Assembly: GCA_049999805.1 (NCBI GenBank)
Contig: JBNGIO010006148.1
Coordinates: forward strand, 105,553 to 169,552
Origin: Folioceros fuciformis
Taxonomy: Eukaryota
Direction: 5' to 3'
Length of the DNA stretch: 64,000 bases
Each line of letters opens with the position of its first letter. The stretch's first letter is position 1. Below, one piece after another: positions 1-12,328 of this stretch. Under the pieces are notes generated by a model that worked only from the letters and a program-made list of their open reading frames with translations, made no database searches and was not told the DNA's origin. A program made the position numbers and the translations under genes.

Positions 1-990
1 TGATGCGGCGATAGCCGTCGGCTATAGGGCCATTGCAAATCTCAAGATCCTCACTAAATCTCTTAAAGGCACTCAATTGTTCCTTAATCTCATTGATTTC
101 CAGGAAAATTTGCCCTGTTAGAGCTTGTGTTCGCGTCGATGCCTGTACAACATCATTTGGAGGTCCCCTAGGTTAGCAACAGGTTCATCAGTCACCTCAC
201 TAAGCAAGTGATCAGCAAGTGAAGCCGAGAGGCTTCCACTGCGAGGTTGTGCCTAGATGCTTGCTCACGACTATTTTGTGAGTTTCGTCTGTCCTGTTGC
301 AGTATCCTAAATATGACTTCTATGTCAAGATAATTTGGAGGAGTCAGGGGCCTGTGGCGCCTACATGCCTGGGCTCGTGAAGTTTTGGTTACTACAGGAT
401 TTGTGCGAATTTGTGTTGAACGCACCTGGTGATCACTTTTCCTCATGTGCCTATTAGTGATAAAGTTGAAGAAACTTCGCTTGCCAAGCTCCCTATTCCT
501 GTTCCTACGAGGCATTTTGCACCAAAGATATATTTTGCATATCTCTACCAGCAGTGCAACGAAAACGTTTTTACGTGTCTATAGAAAATTAGAAAGTACA
601 TATATATTCCCCATTTGTGGAATTGGCACAAAAGAGTGATTTGCAATTTTTATGAAAGAAAGAAACTACTGACAAGTATAGGACGATAATGTGTGGGATC
701 TACATATGGTAGCCATATTAGATTATGCACATTGTTGCATCGTGTACTCCTTAATAGTGATTCCTTTCATAGAAATCATTACAACCAAAAATATATCAGA
801 CTTGCTCTGATACCATGTCAATTACTACTAGAGAGAGCGAACTTAACAATCAATAATAATGATGAATAATAACATGTTCACAAAGAGTTGTCCTTAAATA
901 CTAAACCTTAAGTGTTACTATGAATAACCCTTCAATATGCATCTAACCCTAATCTAAGTAACTAGGTAACTAGAACCCGTGGTTATAATA
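1..990 (-). mobile_element. 5' end of an LTR retroelement (short LTR ~816-990, tRNA-Met PBS 804-815, internal region running off the window start)
   Basis: GCTCTGATACCA at 804-815 (= TGGTATCAGAGC PBS on minus) is immediately followed by TG and an AT-rich ~175 bp LTR-like stretch. The downstream ORF remnants (192-515 and 1-170, minus) were not recognisable. Confidence 0.55.
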
Positions 991-1274
991 ACCCCTGAGG
1001 TCTACAGTAGCCTTGGTCCAAGCTTCTTCGTTCTGCACATGCCACCTATTGCAACTCGCACCAACAAGGCTGGAGTGGCCAGTGACATTCCATTTATCTT
1101 CCCCCCCCCCCCCGCAGAGCGCAAATCGGATGGCCCAAATGTTGTACNNNNNNNNNNNNNNNNNNNNNNNNNNNNNNNNNNNNNNNNNNNNNNNNNNNNN
1201 NNNNNNNNNNNNNNNNNNNNNNNNNNNNNNNNNNNNNNNNNNNNNNNCCCCCCCCCCCGCAGAGCGCAAATCGG

Positions 1275-3873
1275 ATGGCCCAAATGTTGTACATATGGGT
1301 CATTAAGGCGCAGTTTACACCACGGCAGTTGCGTCGCTACAGAGAGGGAGCGGGTGTCTGCCCAGAAGACGTGCATCAATGGCAGGCCAAGAAGACCATG
1401 CCCCAAAGCAGTGGGTCACCTGAGCGGTCGGATGGGCAGGGTTTGGAGCACATATTTGCTGCTACGAACGACTACCCATCATCGCCAAATCTTGGCGGCA
1501 GCATTCCGCAATCCCTAGGGAACACCCACATTGAACGATGGCCAAGCCCCACACTGTACACCTCGACTTCGACACCTAGGATGGTTGCGCGCCCAGGGCC
1601 TGGTGTGGCCACAATGGAAGGCGATCGTGATGATGGACTGCCACCACCATCCGCACGCCGTGAACTAGGGTCTGCGGAGTATGTAGAAGCCTGCCATGAA
1701 GGGAATGTAAGGAGGCACTTATTGCAACTTGGCAGGCAACGTTCTTCGCCGTCGAGGAGTTGTGGAGCACGATTTCGAACACAACGAGGGGCAAAGGTAA
1801 GGTGGGGACAAGCCATGGGAGCGGCCGTTTTGTAGCGGACTTTGCACTCTTCTTTGAGATTTTAGGGAGCTTGCAAGATAGGGTCGCCATGGCATATGGA
1901 GGCTACATGGACACAGGAGCGAATGCACTCGCAAAATTGAAGAAGCTATTGGAGTCGGGTGCTAGCACCAATTCTGCAGAAGGGCTAGCTTGCATCCAAC
2001 ACGTCTAGCACATGGATGGCATGGAGATGTTCGACACCGCCACAATCCAGGGGTTCTTTGCTGCACGCGGTTCACTAGCTGTAGTGCTAGTGCGTCTGTT
2101 GGGGCACTTGGATGGAGGACTAGATTTGGGGAGCATGGCGGCGGCTGAGCTCATTGAGACGCAGCAAACCACAAATCTTCGGTACGCTATGGAGAAGGAA
2201 GAGATGTTGCAACTCCACAGCACGCATCAAGCGTGGATGGGTTGCTAAGGGCCCATTGGATGAATCTTGCACCGAGCTAGAGCACGACAAGGACACAAGT
2301 CTCTTGCTGCGAGTTGCAGAGGAGGCACACGAGGCAGCCCAGGCAGAGCTGCAAAGGTTTTGTCACGAAGAAGGCATTGTCCACCGTCCGCATCAAACAA
2401 GAGCGCTGCTTCACGAACTCAATGGCAGTGCAAGTGGAGGCAAGCATGGAGTGCCAACAGCTTTTTGACAACTTTCGCAGGTGGGAGGGTAGAGGAGGTC
2501 CATTCCCCTTGATGCACGTCTTATACTACATACGGTGTAGTGAGCAAGAAGATGTGTTGCAGGAAGTCGGGACGGTTGACGTAGGTGGGCCGACCTGACA
2601 TTGCATCAGCGAGGCGTGGTGGCAGTTTTGGGAGATGCCTATGTTCGTGGATGTAGTGTTCGACACGAACTGGCAGAGGGTGCGACTGTGTTCCATATGA
2701 GCCACAGGGTGCGACTATGTTCCATATGAGCCACATGACCTCGTCCGACACCCTGCAGCGAAGCATGGTGAGGCACGCATATTGCTGACTGTATATGTGC
2801 GTCGTCTTCTGCAGTTCGTCCCTCGTACACTTATTGCTTGAAGGCAATGTTCTTCGGTCATCTTTTATACCTGGTGAAGGAGAGGAGGAGAGGAGAACGA
2901 GAGGTCACACTCTTACAATGAGTCCCACTGCAAGGGAGCTCAAGGGGGTTTATATACCCTCTAGAAGAACTCCCTAGGAAGCTTCCCAAGAAGCGCACAG
3001 GAAGCTGCGTAAGAGGCTTCCTACAAATTAGCTTAAAGCTAATCTAAACTAATGATACTTAACTAGACACTAATTTTAGACTAAACACATTAGTCTAAGC
3101 ACATTGGGCTTTAATAACCCTACACCTGGTGCTTTCAAGTGGGCTGCAAGTGAGACGGCCCATGTCATTAGACACAATTACCCACGCACTTCGTAGCCAA
3201 AAAGGACGGTGTTCACAACAATGGAGGGATGTTGGTAACGAGAAGGTGCTGAAGAGGGTATTTAAGGCGGACATGGTAGCGACACATCCCCAACTAATGG
3301 CCGTTCTACAGATGGTGAAGCGGGCAGCGTGAGTGGCGCGGCGGAGTAGGAGGCAACTGCAGTTGGTTTGATGGCGGAGAGGTTGCCAGCGTTTTCAAGC
3401 ATGTTGCAGACCTGAAGCCATCGCATGGCCTACGGAAGGTAGGCCTACAGACAAGCCGTGCGCATAACACGAAAGGTACAGGAGTAGCACCTTTTGCTCG
3501 GTCACTACACGTTGGTGGCTGGGTAGGAGAGGGTTTCTGGTATGTGGTGCATAGCTTGGACAAGAGAGCCATGCTGCACTGCTTGGGGGAGTGCACGTTT
3601 GAGGCTGTGACCCGTTTTTTCATTGCAATGCTCGGTTGTAGGGCATATGTGTTTCTGCAGTTAGTGCGGTATGAGGCTTGCATCCCCCAGCTGGTGGACA
3701 TGTTCAAGGAGACCATCCGGGGCATGACCTTTGGGGACAGGGCCCGCCTATACACATGCATCACGGATCATGTGTATTTCTCAGAGGCAGTGACCATAGT
3801 TGTAAGGCAAGTGCTACTACGTACTTCTGGGCAATTGCCCCAAGCTAGAATATGCTCGGCCACCCTAACGTAA
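1275..3873 (+). pseudogene. Decayed long ORF of unknown family (probably TE-borne)
   Basis: Chain of protein-like ORF fragments (1275-1835, 1760-2248, 2154-2468, 3129-3332, 3544-3873). The reading frame is continuous across the solo LTR once it is removed (…KAMFFGHLLYL|VLSSGLQVRR…). Confidence 0.4.
2875..3124. mobile_element. Solo LTR (250 bp) with 5-bp target-site duplication CCTGG
   Basis: Begins TGAAGG and ends CCTACA (imperfect inverted termini). Flanked by CCTGG at 2870-2874 and 3125-3129. Confidence 0.85.
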
Positions 3874-5270
3874 CCCTAGCCAACAGGTAAGCTGACTTTA
3901 ACTTAATTAAACTTATTTCTTAATATGTTGATAACACATTTAACCACCCTTAGGTTTCATCATACGGCTGCTTGGTGGACATTGCAACAGGAGCTGGGAC
4001 TACCATGGGAATTGCACTCACAACTACAGTTGCAGATCTAGCAACTGGGGTTGTGCTAAAGTTGCTGGCACCGTAGCACTTGCAGCCACAATCACCTGCA
4101 CCAAGCTAGGACGGGGGTTAAGAGGCAGAATTGGATTAGGTGGCCCTGGCCTAGGCTCCCCTTCAACAGCTGAAAGTTGGGGATCTTGCTGCAACAAGAT
4201 CGAACCCCCAAGATTAGTCGGTTGCTTGCCTCGTGCCTCCTTCCACGGTTGGGAAGGTAGGCATGAGGTGCCCATATGCAAGGATGTGAGTAACGTGCAT
4301 AGGCTACTAGAAGCTATGAGATAGTTGTGAGCGAAGGCATGGTGTACGACTGGATGGGAGGATTCCCCAAACGAATAGCAAGAGGGGGAGGTTGTGGAGA
4401 GGTGGTGAGGTGTGCAGGATGGAGGTCGGCCATGTTCAAGTGTGCACCTTCAAAAATCAATGGCTTCCACTACGAAAATGCAATGCAATGCCCCAAATGA
4501 GGTTGGCAGAGTACCAGATGAGTGTTGCACATTTCCAAGAGACGGAAGATGATGGACTGAAAATGCAATTGTCGCATGTAGAATGGATCACCATTTGTAT
4601 AGATGTGGATGCAAGGATGGCATTTGGGTGGGAGCTTGCAGTTGTCCGCAGTGAGAGGTGCATGCAATGGGCACCATGTAGCAAGAATTGCAAAGGGTGC
4701 AAAGCCGGCAGGTTCGCATGGGCACAGAGTACATGCAGTACAGAAGTCAATAGCGTACAGCCAAAACATTAGTTAGATTCACGGCCCCTCAAATTGGAGT
4801 GGGAGCGCAACATTCAGGTTTGGTGGGCAGCGTGGCTAGGTGTGCATGCTTGGGAGGGTGCGGGGCAAAAATCAAGGGAGCGGGCATCTTTAGTGCAGGA
4901 CAAGGGAGCAGGCAAGCGAGCGTGTTTGGTGTAGGCCAAGGGAGCAGGAGGCGGCGGTGCGAAGGGACCACGGCAACCTGAAGGAGGGGATGGGAGAGGC
5001 TGCAGTGGGAGGGGCGGGGGACACCCTCGCAACCCTTAGCACTGCTGCAGGTGATGGCAAGGCTGTGGCCGATGCTGAGTGTGCCCACATCCTCGCCATT
5101 GTGGTGTTTGAGGGGAATGGCGACACACCTGCACACCTGCCTGCAGAAGAGGCAGGGGGAAAGGACATCTTCCTCCCCTACAAGAGGAGACAAGTGCGAG
5201 GGGGAAGAAGGACGCAAGCCTAGGCGTGGCTGGGCAGGATGCAAAGCTTGGTGCATTCGACCAGGCTCAA

Positions 5271-6024
5271 GCGGAAGTTGAGGCTATGGTGGATGGAGAC
5301 CCAAGCCCATAAGTCATGGTGAAGATCGTAGGAGGGACTTGGAATTAGGCTGTCGGAGCCAAATTGTGGAAGGCCGCGTACGGTGAAAATGGCCAATTCT
5401 AGCGGTGGAGGTTCCTTGATGTGATTCGAAAGCAGCAATTGAGCACGAAGCTTGCCAGACCTAGCACGGAAGAACGGTGTGTTCTATAGATGGAGCTTGA
5501 TGCGGTGGAGGCAAGTATTGCAAGACACATAGCAGAAGTAGAGGAGGTCCCTGGGGGACCGTAGGCAATGGTGTAGGGCAGGATAGCCAGAAGGTGGTGA
5601 TGTGGATTGAAGTTCCGGGTCTAGCATCCCGCCAACGAGGAGAGTGCGGAAGTTGAGGCTACAGTGGACGGAGACCCAAGCCCATAAGCCATGGCAAAGA
5701 TCGCAGTAGGGGCTTGGATTTGGGGTATCGGGGATAGACTACGGAAGGCCACGTATGGTGAAAATGGCCAATTCCAGTGATGGAGGTACCTTGATGTGAT
5801 TCGAAAGCAGCAATTGAGCAGGAAGCTCACCAAACCTAGCTATGGAGGGGAAGAACACTGTGTTCAGCAGATGGAGCTTGATGCGTTGGAGGGGAGTATT
5901 GCGAGACACACAGCAGCTGGCGGAGGAGGTCCCCAGGGGACCCCAAGAAATGGTTCAGGGCAGGATGGCTGGCGGGGTGGTGATGTGGATCGAAGTTCCG
6001 GGTCTAGCATCCCGCTAACGAGGA
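5271..6024 (+). repeat. Diverged ~376-bp tandem duplication
   Basis: gcggaagttgaggct…ggagacccaagcccataag… starts at 5271 and ~5647; both copies end with …gggtctagcatcccgc(c/t)aacgagg. Confidence 0.85.
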
Positions 6025-7259
6025 GGGTACAAAAGCAGCAGCGCGAGCTCTCCTACTCCGAGGTGTGCTCCTCTAGAGAGGAGGAGGATGATATGCATGT
6101 GCGTCCACGGCGAGGTGCCGCCCTCGGCAGACAAGGGCGACGCGCAACAGAAGGAGGCAGCAATGGAGGCAATGTCGCGGACACCTTAGCGGTAGCGGTG
6201 CATGCTTTGCACAATAGCGTACGCTTGGTGGAATCGCTAGAAAGTAATTTGCGCAAGCTAAGGGCAAACATAAGTGATTGTGCAGCAGATGTGGAGGCTA
6301 CCTCTCTTGCTAGGGATCGCGAGGTTTAGGGATGCATGTGGCGTGCAGGGTTCGGAGGTGTAGGCGGGTCAGAGGCACTGGCCTTGGTGCTCTAGAGATG
6401 GTGAACCTCTGGAGTTTTTCTTGAATCTGCTGTTGGTACACTGGTCTTGTAGCTGCAGCGCTAGTAGTCTGTAGATGTTTTGTGGAAGGTGCCGTAGGTT
6501 GCCTTCTTGCCTTTGTGGTCCAGCTTAATGAACTTGATGTTGTTGTGAACACTGTAAGAGCAATTGTAATTGTTGTTGTGGCTTCTTTTATCTGCAATTC
6601 TTAAGCTGTCATTTGTAGAGAACTATTGGAGCAATCTCAAGCTGCAGTATGATGGAAATGCAGGCTTGAAAATGATTGTTCGGTGGGGATGGTAGAGGCC
6701 CGAAATTCTTTGACATCTCGAAACCCCAGAGAGCTTGTTCCATGCATGCAGTGGATTTTAAGAAGCACCTAAAGTAGAAAGTTTGTGTTGGCAATTTCGC
6801 AAGAACAACCAGATGAGGTTGATTCCTTAGGAATGCAGTATCCAGTTTTTCAGGTGGATGTGCACTAGATTGAATGGGGTAGCTGTATAAAGGAACCGTG
6901 TGGCTGTTGTAAGTGTGTCGGTGTGCACATCGTGGACTAGACCTAAAGCCGAAACTGTAAACGACCCCTTACAGCGGTGTCAATTGGTGCATCTCTAAAA
7001 CCCTACCAAACCCTAACCCCTGCGAACCCGTGACATGTTTCATATGTGTGTAGTGTATCTTAAAACATCATGCAGCATCCTATTTTTTTATGATGAGGGT
7101 GCATGAACTTTTTGTGCTTCAAGAAGTCTTGCCCTTCAACATCTGAACATAACCCTAGACCATTTAAAAATATCTATTTTATATATTTAGCATACATTCA
7201 TGTATATATGGGGTGGCTAGCCCCTATATGATATACGCATATATTCTTGCAACAGTGCA

Positions 7260-7553
7260 CTTGGATGCCTCCCCTTGAGTGTTTCCTCCCTGTCGTGCAC
7301 ACTAAGGCTACTGGTCATCCTACCACTCTTTGGTAGTTTACTACACACGAGATCGACGGAAGGAGTAGCTTTCCTCTACTCCTTCTCCCTGAATGTGAGT
7401 ACAGTGATCACGCTTATAATTCTTGGATGCCTCCCCTTGAGTGCTTCCTCCCTATCGTGCACACCAAGGCTATTGGTCATCCTACCACTCTTTGGTAGTT
7501 TACTGCACACGAGATCGAGGAAAGGAGTAGCTTTCCTCTACTCCTCCTCCCTT
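7260..7553 (+). repeat. ~131-bp direct repeat, two copies (period ~162 bp)
   Basis: cttggatgcctccccttgagtg…ctactcc(t/c)…ccct at 7260 and 7422. Confidence 0.85.
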
Positions 7554-8182
7554 GTTGTGACACCATCATTGACAAGTTTTAAGATGTTAGTCCGACGATG
7601 CTCCATGCCACGCCATCGTAGCGTTTTCCTATGCAATGACATGTACAAATGCTAATTTGTAACAAAAACTTTGATTCAATTGTTCTGTTCGCTACAAGCT
7701 TCTCAGATGCAATTGCACGTGGAAGCACTTAGTGCATTCCTTATTCATCAAGCTTTCTAAGCGAACTATCAAAAGAATGTCTGATGATTCCCTCCTGATC
7801 ACTATATACCCACAAGATTCCGTTACCAACCACCTGGATGGTCATTCCCAAACCGTTATCAACCATACATAAAGTAAACCACCAAAACACGCACTCTCCG
7901 ACTGTTCCTTTGTGAGAACTTTTTACTCGTCAACTGTCTCTTTGATCAAAATACAAGGGATTTACCCTTTCTAGGAACATATTTATCATGAGTAAACAAC
8001 TTGTGTAGTCACGATCTGCACAGAAAGTTCACACAGATGCAAAATTCCAACCGACTTTCTAAGTCATGACAAACCCAAATAAAAAACATAGTTCATGTCC
8101 GAATGGGTCCACATGCCCGTGCCTAAATGGGTCCATATGCCCGTTACAGTGATGAGAAAAAAAAGTCCAAAGAAGTCCCTCT

Positions 8183-8385
8183 ACGGTGTACAGGGAGGTT
8201 CCGTGACGTGGCTATGTCCAGTACGGGAATCTGTGGTAGATTCCACCATATATTCTTGTATAAATATATATATCAGAAAAAAAATCAGTGTCTAGGGCCT
8301 GTCGGAATCGGAACGGTGTACAGGGAGGTCTCGTGATGTGGCTATGTCCAGTACGGGAATCTGTGGTACATTCCACCATATATTC
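8183..8385 (+). repeat. ~73-bp direct repeat upstream of the TLC gene
   Basis: acggtgtacagggagg…gtggctatgtccagtacgggaatctgtggta(g/c)attccaccatatattc at ~8183 and ~8313. Confidence 0.8.
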
Positions 8386-8672
8386 CCGTATGAATACCCT
8401 ATGACACTGATAATAAAAATTTAAGGAGAGAGAGTATGGCTGCTGTGTCAGGCCTACAAGTCGGGTCTTCTTTCTTTCCACAACACCTCTTCTGCAAAGA
8501 GTGCAAGGACTTCAATCCTCCAGCTATGATACCAGGCGTGATGTCTGCAAACGCACATCGAGGTGACGTTGAATTCGTGTCAAGATCCGTCGCTGTGGGA
8601 AACGGGACAAGTAAATACTTGGCGACGCTGAACGCGAGGGTTCCTCAGCATTGCGAGGCGAGGTGGGTGGGC

Positions 8673-9359
8673 ATGTCGGCCACCACGCTCCTGCTGTGCG
8701 CGGGAGTCGGGGCATGGACTGCCTTGTTTATGGGAGTGCGGCTGGCACTGCCGCACCGAAGCCATGACTTCTGCAACAGACTCATCTCCTTGGTGCATGC
8801 GGTGATGGCGCTGATGCTGTCGATGCTGTCAGTCGCGGACTGGCGGGATCCGCTACAAGGGATAGCGGGGGAGGCGTCACCGTCGCAGTTGCATGCCATG
8901 GGCGTCAGCTTGACCTACTTCATCTACGACCTTGGCTGCTGCTTGGTGGAGTCGCCCGTGGATGTGGTGACCGCGGCGCACCACCTGCTCACCATTCTCG
9001 GCCTCGTCTACGGCTACCGGCTGCGGGCGTGCGGGACCGAGCTCCTGGCCTGTCTCTGGCTCATGGAGCTCTCTAACCCCTGCATGCATCTGCGGGAGAT
9101 GCTCAAGGAGCTCGGGGTGCGGGACACCTGGCTCAACCACGTCAACGACCTTCTCTTCGTGCTCCTCTTCACGTTTGCCCGAATGGTGGTCGGCCCCTAC
9201 GTGTGCCTGCTCACTCTGCAGGGAACCAGTCCCTTTCCCGTCAAGGTTGGCGCAATTGGGATCCAGGTCGTCAGCATTTTCTGGTTCTACAAGATACTTC
9301 GCATGGTGTACTACAAGTTCTTCAAGAAGGACTCTGACAAGGTAAGTAAGCGGGAGTGA
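8673..9359 (+). CDS. TLC (TRAM/LAG1/CLN8) domain membrane protein, TMEM136/TLCD5-like
   Basis: Motifs RSHDFCNRLISLVHA, SLTYFIYDL, HHLLTILG, ELSNPCMHLRE and FTFARMVVGP, with multiple TM segments. The ORF is open from 8436; the likely start is ATG 8673. Confidence 0.85.
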   Translation: MSATTLLLCAGVGAWTALFMGVRLALPHRSHDFCNRLISLVHAVMALMLSMLSVADWRDPLQGIAGEASPSQLHAMGVSLTYFIYDLGCCLVESPVDVVTAAHHLLTILGLVYGYRLRACGTELLACLWLMELSNPCMHLREMLKELGVRDTWLNHVNDLLFVLLFTFARMVVGPYVCLLTLQGTSPFPVKVGAIGIQVVSIFWFYKILRMVYYKFFKKDSDKVSKRE

Positions 9360-10008
9360 GGTTCTCTTTTTTCTGTCTAGGGTCTGCTTGCTCAGGCTGT
9401 GAATTCAGCCCGAAGCGAGAGGGAACAGCCAGAGCGTTCGGCTTATGCGGATGTGCACTCGAAATACAATGCGGATGTCCATGTGGTAGCTCTCTGCTAA
9501 CTACCTTGTAATACAAAAAAAAATCTCCTAGGATCCTTTTGGCTTGCACCTTCTTCTCCCAGTGGACAGCGCAGCTCTGCGAGAGCCACAACCTGAAAAG
9601 CTGTGAATTCCATGACAATAGGTTCGTGGAGCCAAATGTCCTCAGCGTAGAAGAGCATACAAAACCTTCATGTCCTTGTTCGAGGAATATGCAGCGCCCA
9701 GTTGTAGGTGAGTGTCTCGTGACCCTGGAGAGCCGGGTCAGGCGTGAGTGTCTTGCTTAGTGGGGTTCAGAAGCCAGACCCGGATTGGTGAAAGGGTGCA
9801 CATACCGTGACGTCTTCCCCTTCAGCTTTACAGTCCCCATGGGCCCGGGCACGGACGAACGGAGCAGGAGCGTTCACAGACTCTCCCGTGCGGTTTCGAG
9901 ACCTAACGAAGTGGCACGGTCCTGCAAACGAAGTAGAAGCGTGGGAGAACATGGAGCCACCTAACAAAGCAATGGAAGAGGAGATATGGTGTTGTTGAAA
10001 GGCTTACC

Positions 10009-12061
10009 TTAGGTTGCAAGACCGTTCTCGCTACTTCTCAACTGCTGCTTCAAGGCTTGGAGGGCCGACACCACGTCCCCCTCCAGGTTGTGTTCTAGTA
10101 GCTTGCCCTTCGTGGAGTAGACACTGCGACAGCGGAGAGTTCAAGGTGAAGTGACTGGAAGCCAAGAAAGGGCTGGAATGGACAGTCCTAGTCCTTGAGT
10201 GTAACGCACTTCTCGTCCCGCATCAACTCCCTCAATTCCTTTTTCGCGTCATTGATCTGATGTAGAGAGGGAGAGATACGCCAGTGTCATGTTCTTGTGA
10301 TTCAACAAGGACATACAAACGACAAAGAATAAGAAGAGAATGGACCTCAGAAATGAGGTTTCTGCAAGTCCACACATATGCACCCTGCAAAATAGCACAG
10401 AAACAGCCTCTGTGTTGGATGGCAACAGGGTTGAACTCTGGGATTTTTCCGTTGTCAATTACAGCAAGAAAGCTAGCTGGGACCAGCCCTCCGGATTCCA
10501 AGAACACTCACACATCCGTTAGCAGCTTGTTGCTGGACGCGGTCAGAAGTAGTGACCCACACCTTGGGGCATCCATCTGCTACCAAATCTGCCACCTGTT
10601 GGCAATCTAAATTGTGGACATCAGTACGTGCACCCACGTCCCCACACCTTTGCCCCTCTTCAACTAGTCTTGAAAAATCAGAGTTCTGATGCGTGGATAT
10701 GGAATTGCTACATGCAATGAACACGATAGAAGTCGGAGTAAAGGAAGAGGAGAAGGAGGTGTGTGAAGGCTTGCCTCCTTTTCGATCCACGCATCTGCAC
10801 AGGTGGTTGCCGCGAAAATAACATCGATACTGCAGCATGCCCCGCAACACATGGAGTCGTTCAAGCATGTCAGCTCAAGGCTGTTTCATCCAGATCGCCA
10901 CTTTACTGGCCAAGCAACGACAACTGCTGCACCTTACCAGCCAAATTTCTCCTTGTGATCGCCCTGCCCAGACAACATGGCATCGAAAACCACGACAACT
11001 TTGACTCCTGAGTACAATGAGACATTATTAGGGGCAGCTGAGGGCCATTAGTATGTGCTAGCACAGAAAGGAAGCAGCTAGAAGGCGCCACTAAGCTGCC
11101 ATCACCTCAAAACGACATTAACAGCAGACAGTTTGTCAGCATCACGAGCCTACCCCGCAATGCACTGAAACTGACAAGCTCCTCGCTCAGCTTCTGTCGT
11201 GCATGGTCGAGCTTCCCACGATCAAAATACTTCTTCAATTTGGGCCAAAACCCGCACATGTTGTATCCATCCACCAAAAGCACAGGTGTGTCCAGCACAA
11301 TACCATCCATCGTACTGTCCAAACAACTGTGCATAAGGATCGGCATGTAGAGACAATGGATGCTGGTCGGCATTCAGTTGGAAAGGAAAGTTGCTTCTCT
11401 TTTGTTGGACAAATCCCAGACAGCTCGGAGCCTCTAGGTCTCCTACTGGTAAAGCCGCGTGCTTGGGTCTTCGTAGCCATCAACATGATCTGGCAGAGGA
11501 GTCTTCTCTGGCCTTTTCTTCCTGTAACTTGTAGCAGCCTTTGGTCCGGAGCATCCCTTTTGTAATTGCTGTGACACAGACATGGCAACAGGTCACAACA
11601 CCACACACACAGATGACACAGAATCCAATCATCCCCACTGTGGTTGCAGGGTGGGGCCTACTCACTCTGAAGTACTTCAAAATGTTGAGATTAGTCTTCA
11701 CGTTGGAAGTGATCCTGCGTGGGTTTTCTGGCCTCTGCATAAACCATCAACGTAGCTTGGTCCCTTCATCCAGGATTTTGAAACAATGGGCGGCAATGCA
11801 GGCTGGCTAAACCAAGCCCACCTGAGATTCTTGGGACGATCCCTGCACGCGGAAACGATTGCAAGTAGAGACGACCTCGTCCGGCACCACCTGGAGCAGC
11901 TTCAACGGGATGACCAAAGATCTGAGCATCCTGAAGCTCTGGTATCAGTTCCCAAAATCCAGCATAAGTTCACCAGCTTCGAGGTCACATGGCCCCTGAA
12001 TGGAAGAGCTCAGTTTCCTTCGGGAGGCTCGAATCTGGGCAGCAGCATTTGACGCTTGCAT
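10009..12061 (-). CDS. YacP-like NYN-domain ribonuclease (multi-exon; start uncertain)
   Basis: Exons encode RRITSNVKTNL, PVLLVDGYNMCGFWPKLKKYF…ARQKL, VIFAATTCADAWIEKE, GCPKVWVTTSD, GAYVWTC and KGKLLEHNL. Stop TAA at 10009-10011. Confidence 0.85.
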
Positions 12062-12328
12062 TTGCCTGCTATCGAAATGCGGACGACATTCAGCCAGCCA
12101 GCGCGGGCGCCACGGCTATCGGATGTCCACAACTCGCTACCCGCCGGGTAAGCTACCCGCTCAAGTGACTAAATGGCGAAGCCGTGCGGACAGGTTAATC
12201 TATCCGGTGCCACGCAGACGACGGACATATCCACATTCCACTTGTGCATGTGTTCGCTGAAGACACTCACGAGGAAGGGTCGATCGATCGTCTTGTAGGC
12301 TACGTGCTTTTGGCATTTGCAATTTGCG

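Noticed and set aside
1100..1292. Duplicated poly-C + gcagagcgcaaatcggatggcccaaatgttgtac
   Set aside because: Identical sequence on both sides of an N gap; probably a scaffolding overlap artefact.
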